From assembly GCA_013374855.1 (NCBI GenBank), contig CP055308.1, positions 661,310 to 725,309 on the forward strand: 64,000 nucleotides of DNA, written 5' to 3'. The position numbers and the translations under genes were made by a program. This DNA is from Candidatus Woesebacteria bacterium (GTDB lineage Bacteria; Patescibacteriota; Microgenomatia; UBA8517). Shown piece by piece: positions 20,519 to 30,450 of this stretch. The first letter of the stretch is position 1, and each line of letters begins with the position of its first letter. Under the pieces are notes generated by a model. The model searched no databases. It was not told where the DNA came from and worked only from the letters and a program-made list of their open reading frames with translations.

Positions 20519-21843
20519 AGAATAAATTAATTGATATCACAAAGGACAACTTTATTGAAAAAATTCCACCTGAAAATGGGGTCTATAAATTTATTGACAA
20601 AAACAAGAACGTCCTCTATGTAGGGAAGAGTGTAAATTTAAAATCAAGAATTTCTTCCTATTTCACCAGCAAACTTTTACCCAAAACAAAAAAAATGATT
20701 TCTGATTCAAAGTATATTTTCTTTATCATTACAAAAAACGAGTTTGAATCTTTGATCCTTGAGGCAGAACTAATAAAAAAAGAGAAACCAAAGTACAATG
20801 TTGTTCAGAAAGATGATAAAAGTCCTCTTTATATAAAAATAACAGAAGAAGAGTTTCCAAGAGTCATTCTTTGTAGAAAAACAGAAATAAAAAGAGATAA
20901 AAAAACTTCATATTTTGGACCTTATCTTTCTAGTAGAGACGCCAAAAATGTAATTAGAACCATAAGAAGATTCATTCCTTTTTCTGACCACAAACCGGAA
21001 AGAAAACCCTGCTTTTACTATCAAATAGGGCTATGCAATCCTTGTCCTAGTTTAATAAAGAAAATCACTAATCAAAAAATCAAAAATCACCTAAAGTCTA
21101 CCTATCTCAAGAACATAAATAAGGTAAAAAATATACTCAAAGGTAATATTTTACCTGTAAAGAAAAAACTGGAGAAAGAACTGAAAACTCTGATAGAAGA
21201 GGAAAAGTACGAAGAAGCCAAAGAGTTATCAAAAAGATTAGATTTTTTTGAAAGAGTTATTCAGAAAAAGACAGACCCTCAAGAATACTTAGAAAACCCA
21301 AATTTAATTTTTGATATAAGAAGAGAAGAAATAAAATCTCTAAAAAATTTTTTGAAAAAATACTACAAAATCAGAAAAATAAAAAGAATAGAATGCTTTG
21401 ACATCTCTCACATATCAGGTAGTAATGTTGTTGGATCAATGGTAGCGTTTGTAGATGGTGATAAAAAACCCTCACTTTACCGAAAATTTAAGATTAAAAA
21501 ACCAAAAAACAACGATCCTGCTTCAATGAGAGAAATTATTCAGAGAAGGCTAAATCACTTAACTGATTGGGGCACTCCAGATTTAATTATCATTGATGGA
21601 GGTAGACCTCAACTTAGCAATATTTTTGACTTATTGTCAGAAAGCCAAATTCCGTTTGTTGGAATTGCTAAAAAGGAGGAAGAACTTATTCTTCCTGTTT
21701 TAGGAAAAAACAAAGTTAGGTTTCTGAGAAAGAAAATCAAAGGTGAAAATTTTGGCAATCTAATTATAAGAATTAGAGATGAATCACATCGTTTCGCACA
21801 GAAGTATTATCATTTGTTGCAGACAAAAATTAAAAGTGCTTAA
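20515..21843 (+). CDS. uvrC: Excinuclease ABC subunit C (lacks C-terminal HhH domain)
   Basis: GIY-YIG (GVY..LYVGKS.NL..R..SYF), RIECFDISH, IDGG, RDESHRFA near the end. Confidence 0.92.
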   Translation: MKNKLIDITKDNFIEKIPPENGVYKFIDKNKNVLYVGKSVNLKSRISSYFTSKLLPKTKKMISDSKYIFFIITKNEFESLILEAELIKKEKPKYNVVQKDDKSPLYIKITEEEFPRVILCRKTEIKRDKKTSYFGPYLSSRDAKNVIRTIRRFIPFSDHKPERKPCFYYQIGLCNPCPSLIKKITNQKIKNHLKSTYLKNINKVKNILKGNILPVKKKLEKELKTLIEEEKYEEAKELSKRLDFFERVIQKKTDPQEYLENPNLIFDIRREEIKSLKNFLKKYYKIRKIKRIECFDISHISGSNVVGSMVAFVDGDKKPSLYRKFKIKKPKNNDPASMREIIQRRLNHLTDWGTPDLIIIDGGRPQLSNIFDLLSESQIPFVGIAKKEEELILPVLGKNKVRFLRKKIKGENFGNLIIRIRDESHRFAQKYYHLLQTKIKSA

Positions 21844-21852
21844 ATTAATTAG

Positions 21853-22257
21853 ATGATTAAAAAGACAATAAAAATTATTGTCACAGAAGCTTTGTCTTTA
21901 TATCTTATCACTCAAGTAGTTGAGGGTGTTTATTTTAAAGGGGGAGTAGAAACATTCTTCTGGGCAGTTTTTGCACTCTCTATGGCAACTTATCTTGTCA
22001 AACCAATTATAAATTTATTAATATTACCTTTGAATTTAATAACTTTTGGTTTCTTTAGATGGGTATCTTCAGTTTTGGCTTTATATCTTGTAACATTAAC
22101 TGTTAAAGACTTTATGATTGAAAGATTTTTCTTTCCCGGACTTAGCACTTATTGGATAGATATTCCCCAACTTAATTTTCAAGGTTTTTTTGCAATACTT
22201 GCATATTCGCTTTCGCTCTCAATCATCACTTCATTCCTCCGATGGGTATTCAAATAG
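21853..22257 (+). CDS. YvlD/DUF360-type membrane protein (phage holin_4_2 family)
   Basis: VKPIINLLILPLNLITFGFF; four TM segments. Confidence 0.75.
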   Translation: MIKKTIKIIVTEALSLYLITQVVEGVYFKGGVETFFWAVFALSMATYLVKPIINLLILPLNLITFGFFRWVSSVLALYLVTLTVKDFMIERFFFPGLSTYWIDIPQLNFQGFFAILAYSLSLSIITSFLRWVFK

Positions 22258-22286
22258 AATTTTCTATAGTATAATAAAAAGCTAAT

Positions 22287-22502
22287 ATGGCAAACTTTTT
22301 TTTCTGGAGTCAAATAATATCAGCCATTGCAGTAATTTTTTTGGTTACAATCCAAACAAAAGGCACGGGTCTTGGCAGATCTTTCGGACAATCATCAAGC
22401 ATCGCCTTCAAAAGAAGAGGAGTGGAAAAACTTGTGTTTCGACTAACATTTATTTTTTCTTTTCTCTTTTTATTTTCCTCTATAATTAGGGTATTAATAT
22501 AA
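22287..22502 (+). CDS. secG: Preprotein translocase subunit SecG
   Basis: Two TMs, IQ.KG.GLG..FG, KRRG.EK. Confidence 0.9.
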   Translation: MANFFFWSQIISAIAVIFLVTIQTKGTGLGRSFGQSSSIAFKRRGVEKLVFRLTFIFSFLFLFSSIIRVLI

Positions 22503-22520
22503 TAACCTATTACAAAAACA

Positions 22521-23861
22521 ATGTCTTTTTCTGTTAAGTACTCAATAAAATTATTAGGTGCTTTCTTAGTTAGATTCAAGGGACTTATTGCTTTGGGGCT
22601 TTTCTTGGGCGTATTTTTCTTTTTTATTTTTAAATGGCTTGTTACTCCTTTTCTTATTAACGCAAAAACAGAGAAAATTGGTTTGATAGGAAGCTATACA
22701 CCAGAAAGATTGCCACAATCAATTACAAACTTGATAAGCAATGGCTTAACCAAACCCACACCAGAAGGTCTTTTTGAACCGGCTTTAGCCGAAAGCTGGG
22801 AAACTCCAGACAAAGGCAAAACCTGGATATTTCATTTAAAAGAAAATGTTTACTGGCAAGATGGTTCCAAGATTAAAAGCGTAGATATTAATTACCAATT
22901 TTCTGATGTGGAACAGGAAAAGCCTGACGAAAAAACAATAATATTTAAACTTAAAAACCCTTTCTCACCATTCCCTTCAGTTGTTTCAAGACCCATATTC
23001 AAAAATGGACTACTAGGAACAGAGGAGTGGCAAGTCAAAAAGATAAATCTTCGTGGATCGGCAGTACAAGAAATGGAGATCGTAAACAAAAAGAACAAAT
23101 TGAAAAGAATTTACAAATTTTTTCCCACAGAGGATACCTTAAAACTTGCTTTTAAGATGGGTAAGGTAGATAAAATCATAGACATAATAGACCCAAATCC
23201 TTTTGATAAGTGGACAGCAGCAAAGGTTGATTCAAAAATCGACTATGAGGAAATTGTAACTTTATTTTTCAACACTCAAGATAGCGTTCTTTCAGAAAAA
23301 AACATTCGTCAAGCTCTTTATTATGCTATCAATAGAGAAGAACTTGGAAAAGAAAAAGCTTTTTCTCCTATTATCCCAACATCTTGGGCACACAACTCTC
23401 TGGTAAAAACCTACGATTACGATCCGGAAAAGGCAAAAAAGATCATAAACAGCCTCCCTCAAGAGGTTAAAGATAAATTGTCAATAAAAATATCCACCAC
23501 CAACTCTCTTTTTCCTCAAGCAGAAAAAATATCCAAAATGTGGCAAGAAATTGGAATAAAAGCAGAAGTATCCGTATTTAATACAATACCAGACACCTAT
23601 CAGGCGTTACTTGTCATTTTTCAGCCTCCCACAGATCCTGATCAGTATTCCATTTGGCATTCAACCCAAGAGTCAACAAACTATTCGAAATTAAAAAATC
23701 CAAGAATAGACGCCTTATTAGAACAGGGGAGAAGCATTCTTGATTTAGAGGAAAGATTAAAAATTTATCTTGATTTCCAAAGATTTCTTTTAGAAGATGC
23801 TTCTGCAGCGTTTCTTTATCATCCAACATATTACACAATAAGTAGAAAAAAACTTTTTTGA
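22521..23861 (+). CDS. ABC transporter substrate-binding protein, family 5 (Opp/Dpp-like)
   Basis: P.LAESWE..D.GKTW.F.L...V.WQDG; RQAL.YAINR; DPDQY..WHS. Confidence 0.85.
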   Translation: MSFSVKYSIKLLGAFLVRFKGLIALGLFLGVFFFFIFKWLVTPFLINAKTEKIGLIGSYTPERLPQSITNLISNGLTKPTPEGLFEPALAESWETPDKGKTWIFHLKENVYWQDGSKIKSVDINYQFSDVEQEKPDEKTIIFKLKNPFSPFPSVVSRPIFKNGLLGTEEWQVKKINLRGSAVQEMEIVNKKNKLKRIYKFFPTEDTLKLAFKMGKVDKIIDIIDPNPFDKWTAAKVDSKIDYEEIVTLFFNTQDSVLSEKNIRQALYYAINREELGKEKAFSPIIPTSWAHNSLVKTYDYDPEKAKKIINSLPQEVKDKLSIKISTTNSLFPQAEKISKMWQEIGIKAEVSVFNTIPDTYQALLVIFQPPTDPDQYSIWHSTQESTNYSKLKNPRIDALLEQGRSILDLEERLKIYLDFQRFLLEDASAAFLYHPTYYTISRKKLF

Positions 23862-23874
23862 TATAATTTAGAGT

Positions 23875-24219
23875 ATGCTTGAGTTTTTGTTATCTATAAC
23901 TGCAGGCTATAAATTAGCCAAAACCTTCTCACATCCTACTTCAAAAATAAGAAAAAGAATACCTGAAATTAAAATCAAATTTATACAAGTTCTGCCAAAT
24001 ATTAAAATTCACCTAAAGGGCCGAGTAATTCATGTACACCATTGGATTTTCTTGTCGGTTGTTTTGATCTTAAGTTTTAAATCCAATTCAATGATTTCTG
24101 ATTCGTTAATTCTCAAAGGTTTGTTAAGTGGGGGAATAATCCAGGGATTCTCATTTCCCGATTGGAAAAAAATATTAATTAAGCAAGAAAAAAATATTGG
24201 GGTGGCTGAGCGGATTTGA
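23875..24219 (+). CDS. Hypothetical membrane protein (HVHHW motif)
   Basis: 114 aa ORF with TATAAT-N7-ATG; 3' end overlaps tRNA-His on the opposite strand. Confidence 0.65.
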   Translation: MLEFLLSITAGYKLAKTFSHPTSKIRKRIPEIKIKFIQVLPNIKIHLKGRVIHVHHWIFLSVVLILSFKSNSMISDSLILKGLLSGGIIQGFSFPDWKKILIKQEKNIGVAERI

Positions 24220-24274
24220 ACCGCCAACCCCTTGCTCCACAGGCAAGTGCTCTAACCATTGAGCTACAGCCACC
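24198..24274 (-). tRNA. tRNA-His(GTG) with G-1 and encoded CCA
   Basis: Reverse complement GGTGGCTGTAGCTCAATGG..CTTGC-CTGTGGA-GCAAG..GGTTCAAATCC..CAGCCACCCCA. Confidence 0.95.
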
Positions 24275-24355
24275 AACTTTTACAATTTTAACAAAAATTA
24301 CATATTTTCACAAAGCATATTGACAAGTTTAGTTGTCTTGGTGCAAAATGAACTA

Positions 24356-25018
24356 ATGCCTGAGGAAAAAGACAAAAGTAAAATAAAAGTAGAGGTTATC
24401 AAAGAAGAATTACCTACAGAGATAAAAACAGAAAAAAAGGAAAATAAGGAAAACCTTTATTTTGAAGAAAGAGAAATAAAAAGGGAAGAGGAAAAGGAAG
24501 AAAACAAAACAGATGAGGATAAAAAACCAAAACCTAAGAGCGAAAAAACTCCTTTTTTTATCCTATTTTTAGTCTTTCTCTTTGGCTTGGTAATAGGAGC
24601 GGGTCTGATAGGTGGAATATTCTACTACAAAATGAAAATGGAGGGTATGCCAAAGCTTGCATCTGTTAAAGAAACTCCAAAGCCAGAAGAAAAAAAAGAG
24701 GAACCAACACCCACTCCCAAGCCACAAGAGGTCAACATCAAAGATCTCAAGGTACTGATACTGAATGGTTCTGGAATTAAAGGAGAAGCCAAAAGAGTAG
24801 AAGACTTACTTAAGAAAGAAGAATTTGAAAAAACAGAAACAGGAAACGCAGATTCATATAATTATACAGATACAATTGTTTACTTGAAAGAAAACCTAAA
24901 AGACTCGGTTTATGACAAAATAGAGAAAACACTTTCCAATTTTTCTATCAAAAAGGATGTTTTAGAAAAAGATAGTCCTTATGATATAAAAATTATCGTT
25001 GGTAAAGCTAGAAAATAA
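24356..25018 (+). CDS. LytR C-terminal domain membrane protein
   Basis: TM helix, PTPTP linker, VLILNGSGIKGEA..GNAD..DI.IIVG; TTGACA-N18-CAAAAT-N6-ATG. Confidence 0.85.
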   Translation: MPEEKDKSKIKVEVIKEELPTEIKTEKKENKENLYFEEREIKREEEKEENKTDEDKKPKPKSEKTPFFILFLVFLFGLVIGAGLIGGIFYYKMKMEGMPKLASVKETPKPEEKKEEPTPTPKPQEVNIKDLKVLILNGSGIKGEAKRVEDLLKKEEFEKTETGNADSYNYTDTIVYLKENLKDSVYDKIEKTLSNFSIKKDVLEKDSPYDIKIIVGKARK

Positions 25019-25147
25019 CCTTCCTGCTTGCAATACTATCTTCTGTTTAGATAAAATATAGCCATAGTTAGATTTACTTACATAAAGCAAAAAAGAATTT
25101 TTTAAAAGAAATATAACAAAAAATATTCTTTAAAATTTAATTCACAA

Positions 25148-25232
25148 GCCGAGGTGGCGGAATGGTATACGCGCAGGACTTAAAATCCTGTGGTCCAACT
25201 GGATCGTGAGGGTTCGAGTCCCTCCCTCGGCA
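25148..25232 (+). tRNA. tRNA-Leu(TAA)
   Basis: GCCGAGGTGGCGGAATGG..CAGGA-CTTAAAA-TCCTG, long variable arm, GGTTCGAGTCC. Confidence 0.95.
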
Positions 25233-25254
25233 CAATCCAATCTATGTTCTATAT

Positions 25255-25327
25255 CGGGGATTGGCTCAGTTGGTAGAGCGCACGGTTTGGGACCGTGAGG
25301 TCGTCGGTTCGAATCCGACATCCCCGA
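25255..25327 (+). tRNA. tRNA-Pro(TGG)
   Basis: CGGGGATTGGCTCAGTTGG..CACGG-TTTGGGA-CCGTG..GGTTCGAATCC. Confidence 0.95.
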
Positions 25328-25419
25328 CAAACAAAGAGAATATATTGCTGTTCAAAATTGTAATGTACACAACTTAAAAACTGGAGAGTATAAAAATTTA
25401 TCATTTAGAAAAATAAAAG

Positions 25420-26541
25420 ATGATAAATCTCGCTATAATCTTTGGAGCAAAATCAACTGAACATGAGGTATCTATAATTTCTACCCTCCAGGCACTTGAT
25501 TGGATAGACAGAAACAAATACCATCCCTTTCTTATTTATATAGACCACAACAATAATCCTCTGCTTTGTAAATGGCCTAAGAAAAGAGATTTCTCTGGTT
25601 TTATAGAAAGAACTATCAAGAGTAGAAATAATGTCGAATTTACAAGAGGAGGAATAAAAATAGGTAAATTATTAAAAAAAACAGTAAAAATAGATGTTGC
25701 TCTTCTTATTATGCATGGGGCATATGGTGAAGATGGAAAAATCCAAGGTATCCTTGATTTTTATGATATAGCCTACACTGGATGTGATGTAACAGGAAGT
25801 GCTTTGGGAATGGACAAAGTTTTATCAAAAGAGATATTTAGCAAAGCAGGGTTGCCTGTTTGCCCTTTTGTTTGGTTTTGGGATAAAGAATTCAAGGAAC
25901 AAAGGAAAGAAATATTGGACAAAATTGACAAAAATCTTAAGTACCCACTTTTTGTAAAACCAGCAAACAGCGGCTCAAGCGTCGGTATAACAAAGGTAAA
26001 AAACAGAAAAAATTTAGAAAAGGCAATTGAAAAAGCATCCAAATTTGATCACAAAATACTTGTAGAACAAGCTGTAGAAAAAGCCTTTGACATAAACTGC
26101 GCAGTAATAGGTGATTATGATCTAAAAGTTTCAGTTTGCGAGCAACCAATCAGTGAAGATGAATTTTTGTCATTTCAAGAAAAATATCTAAAAGGAGGGA
26201 AAACTAAAGGTATGGCTGGGCTTTCAAGAATAGTTCCAGCTCCAATTCCGGAAGAAATATCGAAAAAAATACAGGAGTTTGCAAAAACCGCCTTTAGAGA
26301 AATTGGAGGGTTTGGAATGGCAAGAATAGATTTTCTATACCAACCAAAAACTAAAAAAGTTTTTATAAACGAAGTCAACACAATACCCGGATCTCTTGCT
26401 TTTTACCTATGGCAAGCAAGTGGGATAAAACCCGAAAAAATGATTGATCAAATGATTTCTATTGCAATTAAAAGAAAGAAAGAAAAGAACCTACTCTCTT
26501 TTGAGTTTAAGAGCAAAATTCTAGAAAAGACAAAAATTTAA
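25420..26541 (+). CDS. ddl: D-alanine--D-alanine ligase
   Basis: FGAKSTEHEVS, HGAYGEDG, VKP.NSGSSVG, EKY omega loop, RIDF, NEVNTIPG. Confidence 0.93.
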   Translation: MINLAIIFGAKSTEHEVSIISTLQALDWIDRNKYHPFLIYIDHNNNPLLCKWPKKRDFSGFIERTIKSRNNVEFTRGGIKIGKLLKKTVKIDVALLIMHGAYGEDGKIQGILDFYDIAYTGCDVTGSALGMDKVLSKEIFSKAGLPVCPFVWFWDKEFKEQRKEILDKIDKNLKYPLFVKPANSGSSVGITKVKNRKNLEKAIEKASKFDHKILVEQAVEKAFDINCAVIGDYDLKVSVCEQPISEDEFLSFQEKYLKGGKTKGMAGLSRIVPAPIPEEISKKIQEFAKTAFREIGGFGMARIDFLYQPKTKKVFINEVNTIPGSLAFYLWQASGIKPEKMIDQMISIAIKRKKEKNLLSFEFKSKILEKTKI

Positions 26542-26543
26542 AA

Positions 26544-27704
26544 CTAAAAGTAATGATCAGGAAGTTCATTTTCAATTAAAATAACAGATGGCGGTTTGAA
26601 ATAAGGCATAATCACCTCTTGAATACTTTCATTTTTTCCAACAAGCAGAACTTTAAGTTTTTTATTTTTGGCAGCCAAAGCACCATTCTTAAGAGATTTT
26701 TTGTTAGTTTTACCAACTATAACAAAAATATCAACTAATCCAGCCGCATATTTGGCAGCTAGAAAATTAAATTCATACTGCTTTTCCCCAAGCTCTATCA
26801 TACCCGGAGTTATTAATATCTTTTGTCCCTTATATCTTTTAAGTCTATCTACCGCCTTTCTAAAACCAAGTGGATTTGAGTTATAAGAGTCATCAAGAAC
26901 TAATAAATTTTTATTTTCTCTTCTCTCTTCAAGTCTATGAGGAACACCTGTAAAATTTTCTAAACCTCTTTCTATTTCACTTTTGTTTAGATCTAGAGAA
27001 GAACTTATCTTTTTTACCACTTTATCAAAATCAATAAACTGATGAAACGAAGTGGGAACAAAAAGTTTATTCTTATCCGATATAAAAGGTATTAATTCTA
27101 ATTTTGCCTCCCTTATATTTCTTATACTCCCAAATCTTTCAAGATGCATTACGCCAAAAATAGTTATAACACCATAATCAGGTTTAGTTAAATCGCAAAC
27201 CTCTCTAATGTCGCCCTTTTTATAAGCACCAGCCTCTACAACAAAGATCTCGTGGTTTTTGTTTAATATTTTAAGAATAACTTTTGCTATACCAATTCTA
27301 GTATTAATATTCTCAGGAGTCTTTAGAACCTCATACTTTTGACTAAGAACAAAAGCAAGCTTTTCCTTAAAAGTGGTTTTTCCATAACTTCCGGTAATAA
27401 CTATCCTTACTAAATTGGGGTAGAAATATAACTTTGTTTTCGCAAGAAAAACCAAAATCTCCTCAAGAATTTTAAAAAAAACTCCAATTATTTTGTTTGA
27501 CATTCCAATTGATTTCTTTTCCCCAAAAAAAGGCAGAAATAGCAAGGAAAAAACAAATGTAAGCACAATTCTTGGTGTTAGAACAAGTTTCTTTTTCCTC
27601 TCTTCAAGATCTGCGATATTATTCCTTTTTAACCAATCAAAATATCTGCTTGTTTGATACTCCTCGAGTTGTAAAAGGTAAAGCAATTTCCTTAAATCTT
27701 TCAT
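26544..27704 (-). CDS. MurF-like Mur ligase with N-terminal membrane segment
   Basis: ITGSYGKTT, HLERFG, PHRLE, DDSYNSNP.GF, TPGMIELG, ENELPD. Confidence 0.85.
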   Translation of the reverse strand: MKDLRKLLYLLQLEEYQTSRYFDWLKRNNIADLEERKKKLVLTPRIVLTFVFSLLFLPFFGEKKSIGMSNKIIGVFFKILEEILVFLAKTKLYFYPNLVRIVITGSYGKTTFKEKLAFVLSQKYEVLKTPENINTRIGIAKVILKILNKNHEIFVVEAGAYKKGDIREVCDLTKPDYGVITIFGVMHLERFGSIRNIREAKLELIPFISDKNKLFVPTSFHQFIDFDKVVKKISSSLDLNKSEIERGLENFTGVPHRLEERRENKNLLVLDDSYNSNPLGFRKAVDRLKRYKGQKILITPGMIELGEKQYEFNFLAAKYAAGLVDIFVIVGKTNKKSLKNGALAAKNKKLKVLLVGKNESIQEVIMPYFKPPSVILIENELPDHYF

Positions 27705-28402
27705 AAATTACTAAAAAATTCATCTATCAAAGAAGCCACTTTTTGAGGTTTTTCGATAAAGGGAAAGTGAGCTGTATTCCTAATTATTTTAACCGAAGAA
27801 CTTTTAATAAGACTGCTTATTAGAAAAGCATCTGCACTTGGCAACTCGTTATCCCCGTCACCCCATATTATCAAAGTAGGAGTTTTTATTCTTGAGAAAT
27901 CTTTTTTCAAGTCCTCTTTTACCACCTCCTTGAAAACTGGCAAAAGTTTACCTGCTTCTTTGTAATCATGACTTATCAAAAACCTTTTAAAAATATTAAG
28001 CATTGGAAACCTCTTTAAAAATGGCAAAAACGGATAATAAAATCTGGGGTGGGGAATTCCAGAAGTAGAAATCAAAATAAGACCTTTTATCAAACTGGGA
28101 TTATCAGCTGCAATGATGCTTGCAATTTTACCACCAAAAGAATGTCCAACCAGAACAATATTACAAATTCTTTTTGTTTTAAGCCATAGAGTAATAAATT
28201 CAGCATAATCATAAGAATTATTTAACCCTGATCTATAAGGTGTTTTCCCAAATCCAGGCATATCCAACAAATAAATTTTATATTTATGATAAAGATGGGG
28301 TATAAGAGGAGTAAAACATTTACCGCTTTGCTGCCAGCCATGAAGGAAAACCAAACTTTTTTTACCTTTTCCAAAAGAAAGATAATGGGTTTCTTTTGTC
28401 AT
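27701..28402 (-). CDS. Alpha/beta hydrolase
   Basis: LHGW, DMPGFG, GHSFGG nucleophile elbow, WGDGD, AHFPF. Confidence 0.9.
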   Translation of the reverse strand: MTKETHYLSFGKGKKSLVFLHGWQQSGKCFTPLIPHLYHKYKIYLLDMPGFGKTPYRSGLNNSYDYAEFITLWLKTKRICNIVLVGHSFGGKIASIIAADNPSLIKGLILISTSGIPHPRFYYPFLPFLKRFPMLNIFKRFLISHDYKEAGKLLPVFKEVVKEDLKKDFSRIKTPTLIIWGDGDNELPSADAFLISSLIKSSSVKIIRNTAHFPFIEKPQKVASLIDEFFSNL

Positions 28403-28478
28403 TAAGCCAATTTTATCATAGCCTAAGATTACTTACTTGTAGAAAAAGTTCTAAATAAATATAATATATCCAAAGAAA

Positions 28479-28549
28479 GCGGGATTAGTTGAGCGGCTCA
28501 ACAGCTCCCTTCCAAGGAGCAGAGACGGGTTCGACTCCCGTATCCCGCT
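28479..28549 (+). tRNA. tRNA-Gly(TCC)
   Basis: GCGGGAT..GCTCC-CTTCCAA-GGAGC..GGTTCGACTCC..ATCCCGCT. Confidence 0.93.
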
Positions 28550-28585
28550 CACCTTTTTATGTTGAAAAATAAGCTCCTAATTTTC

Positions 28586-30277
28586 CTAATTGGAAATCGC
28601 AGCTTTTAAAAAAGAGACAAAAATAGGGTGGGGGGTAAGAGGGCGGCTTAAGTATTCGGGGTGAAATTGTGTTCCTACAAAAAAGGGATTATTTTTAATT
28701 TCAATAGCTTCAACCAGCTTTTTATCAGGAGAAATGCCAGATATCACAAAACCCTCCCTTTCAAAAAGCTTTCTGTATTTTAAATTAAACTCGTATCTAT
28801 GTCTGTGTCTTTCAAAAATAGTAAGTTCTTTTGTTCTATGATATTTCTTATCTCTTGGAATAAACCAGGGACTATCTGGATTCTTGCCATAGATAGTATA
28901 GGCTTTTTCCAAAATAGTGCCTTTTTTAACCACACAAGGCCACGCACCAAGTCTTATTGTTCCTCCGTACTGCTTTTCCTCAAGATATTTTTTCTGATTC
29001 GGCATTATATGAATTACAGGGTAGAGAGTTTGAGGGTTAACTTCCTGAGAATTAGCACCCACAAGCCCTAAAACATTTCTTGCAAATTCAATCACTGCCA
29101 TTTGCATTCCAAAACAAAGACCCAAATAAGGAATTTTATTTTCTCTCGCGAATCTCACTGCATTAATTTTTCCTTCCACACCGCGGCTTCCCCATCCTTG
29201 TGGAACAATAATGCCATCTACACCAGAGAGTTTTTCTTTAACCTCTTCCTGTGTAGAATTGTCAAAATCAGAAGAATTAAACCATACAACCTGAGGTTGA
29301 ACACCCCAAAAGCAACCAGCGTGCTTTAAAGCTTCTATTACACAAACATAAGAATCAGAAAGCAAATAATCTCCTGTTTTTTGATATTTACCCACAATTC
29401 CTATTTTTACCTTCTTTGCCGCTTGTACAAAAACCATTTTTTCCCATTTTCTAGCTAGGGACTTATCTGCGAGTTTTTTCTTCAAACCCAGAAAAGAAAT
29501 TATTTTTTCATCCAATTTCTGTTTTTGCAAAACAAGAGGTGCTTTATAAACATTATCAAGATCAGGGTTTGAAATTATATTCTCAACTGGTACGTTTGAG
29601 ACAAGAGAAATTTTACTTTTTCGCTTTAAATCAACTTCTTTTTCCGCTCGGCAAATTATAAAATCTGGCTGAATTCCAAGAGAATGAAGATGAGATATTG
29701 ACTGCTGAATTGGCTTTGATTTAAGCTCTCCAATCGAAGGGGGAGCAGGAAGATACCCCACATGGACAAAGCAGATGTCCTTAGGCCGTTTTAATCTTAT
29801 TCTCCTTGCTGCTTCATAAAACAAAAGCCCTTCATATTCTCCTACAGTTCCTCCAAGCTCTACTATCAAAATTTCGGCTTTATGTTTTCTGCCGGCTGCT
29901 TCCCATTTGGCTGTTATTTCAGGAGGTATATGATGGTATGGCTCAACACAAGCTCCATCGTAAAAAAGAGCTCTCTCTTTATCTAAAACTTCTTTATAGA
30001 TCTGGCCATTGGTTAGATAGTTTTCCCGAAACAAATTTTCTCCCAAAAATCGCTCGTAATGACCAAGATCTTGGTCTGTTTCAACACCATCGTGAGTAAC
30101 AAACACTTCTCCATGTTCAATCGGGTTCATAGTACCTGCATCAATATTTAAGTACATATCACACTTCATTATTGTTACCCGATAACCTTTTGTTTTAAGA
30201 AGAAAACCAATTGAAGAGGCTGTTATCCCTTTTCCCAAACCACTTAAAACTCCACCTGATACAATAATAAATTTCAT
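28586..30277 (-). CDS. pyrG: CTP synthase
   Basis: GGVLSGLGKGI, GTMNP.EHGEVFV, GLCFGMQ, ERHRHRYE, QFHPE. Confidence 0.97.
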   Translation of the reverse strand: MKFIIVSGGVLSGLGKGITASSIGFLLKTKGYRVTIMKCDMYLNIDAGTMNPIEHGEVFVTHDGVETDQDLGHYERFLGENLFRENYLTNGQIYKEVLDKERALFYDGACVEPYHHIPPEITAKWEAAGRKHKAEILIVELGGTVGEYEGLLFYEAARRIRLKRPKDICFVHVGYLPAPPSIGELKSKPIQQSISHLHSLGIQPDFIICRAEKEVDLKRKSKISLVSNVPVENIISNPDLDNVYKAPLVLQKQKLDEKIISFLGLKKKLADKSLARKWEKMVFVQAAKKVKIGIVGKYQKTGDYLLSDSYVCVIEALKHAGCFWGVQPQVVWFNSSDFDNSTQEEVKEKLSGVDGIIVPQGWGSRGVEGKINAVRFARENKIPYLGLCFGMQMAVIEFARNVLGLVGANSQEVNPQTLYPVIHIMPNQKKYLEEKQYGGTIRLGAWPCVVKKGTILEKAYTIYGKNPDSPWFIPRDKKYHRTKELTIFERHRHRYEFNLKYRKLFEREGFVISGISPDKKLVEAIEIKNNPFFVGTQFHPEYLSRPLTPHPIFVSFLKAAISN

Positions 30278-30336
30278 TTTTAGGAAAAGGACTCTGTTGT
30301 AAATTAAATCAACAAGAAGATATTGTCAAGTAGCAG

Positions 30337-30408
30337 TGCGCCTGGAGAGAATCGAACTCCCATATTCGGTTCCGAAGACCGACGTTCTGTCCGTTGAACT
30401 ACAGGCGC
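30337..30408 (-). tRNA. tRNA-Arg(TCG)
   Basis: Reverse complement GCGCCTGTAGTTCAACGG..TCGGT-CTTCGGA-ACCGA..GTTCGATT. Confidence 0.93.
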
Positions 30409-30450
30409 ATTTAGACAAAGAAATAGCTAGCCTGTATAATTATAGGCCAG

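Noticed and set aside
15000-22500. dif site near the skew switch
   Set aside because: No convincing XerC/XerD 28-mer found by eye; needs a profile search.
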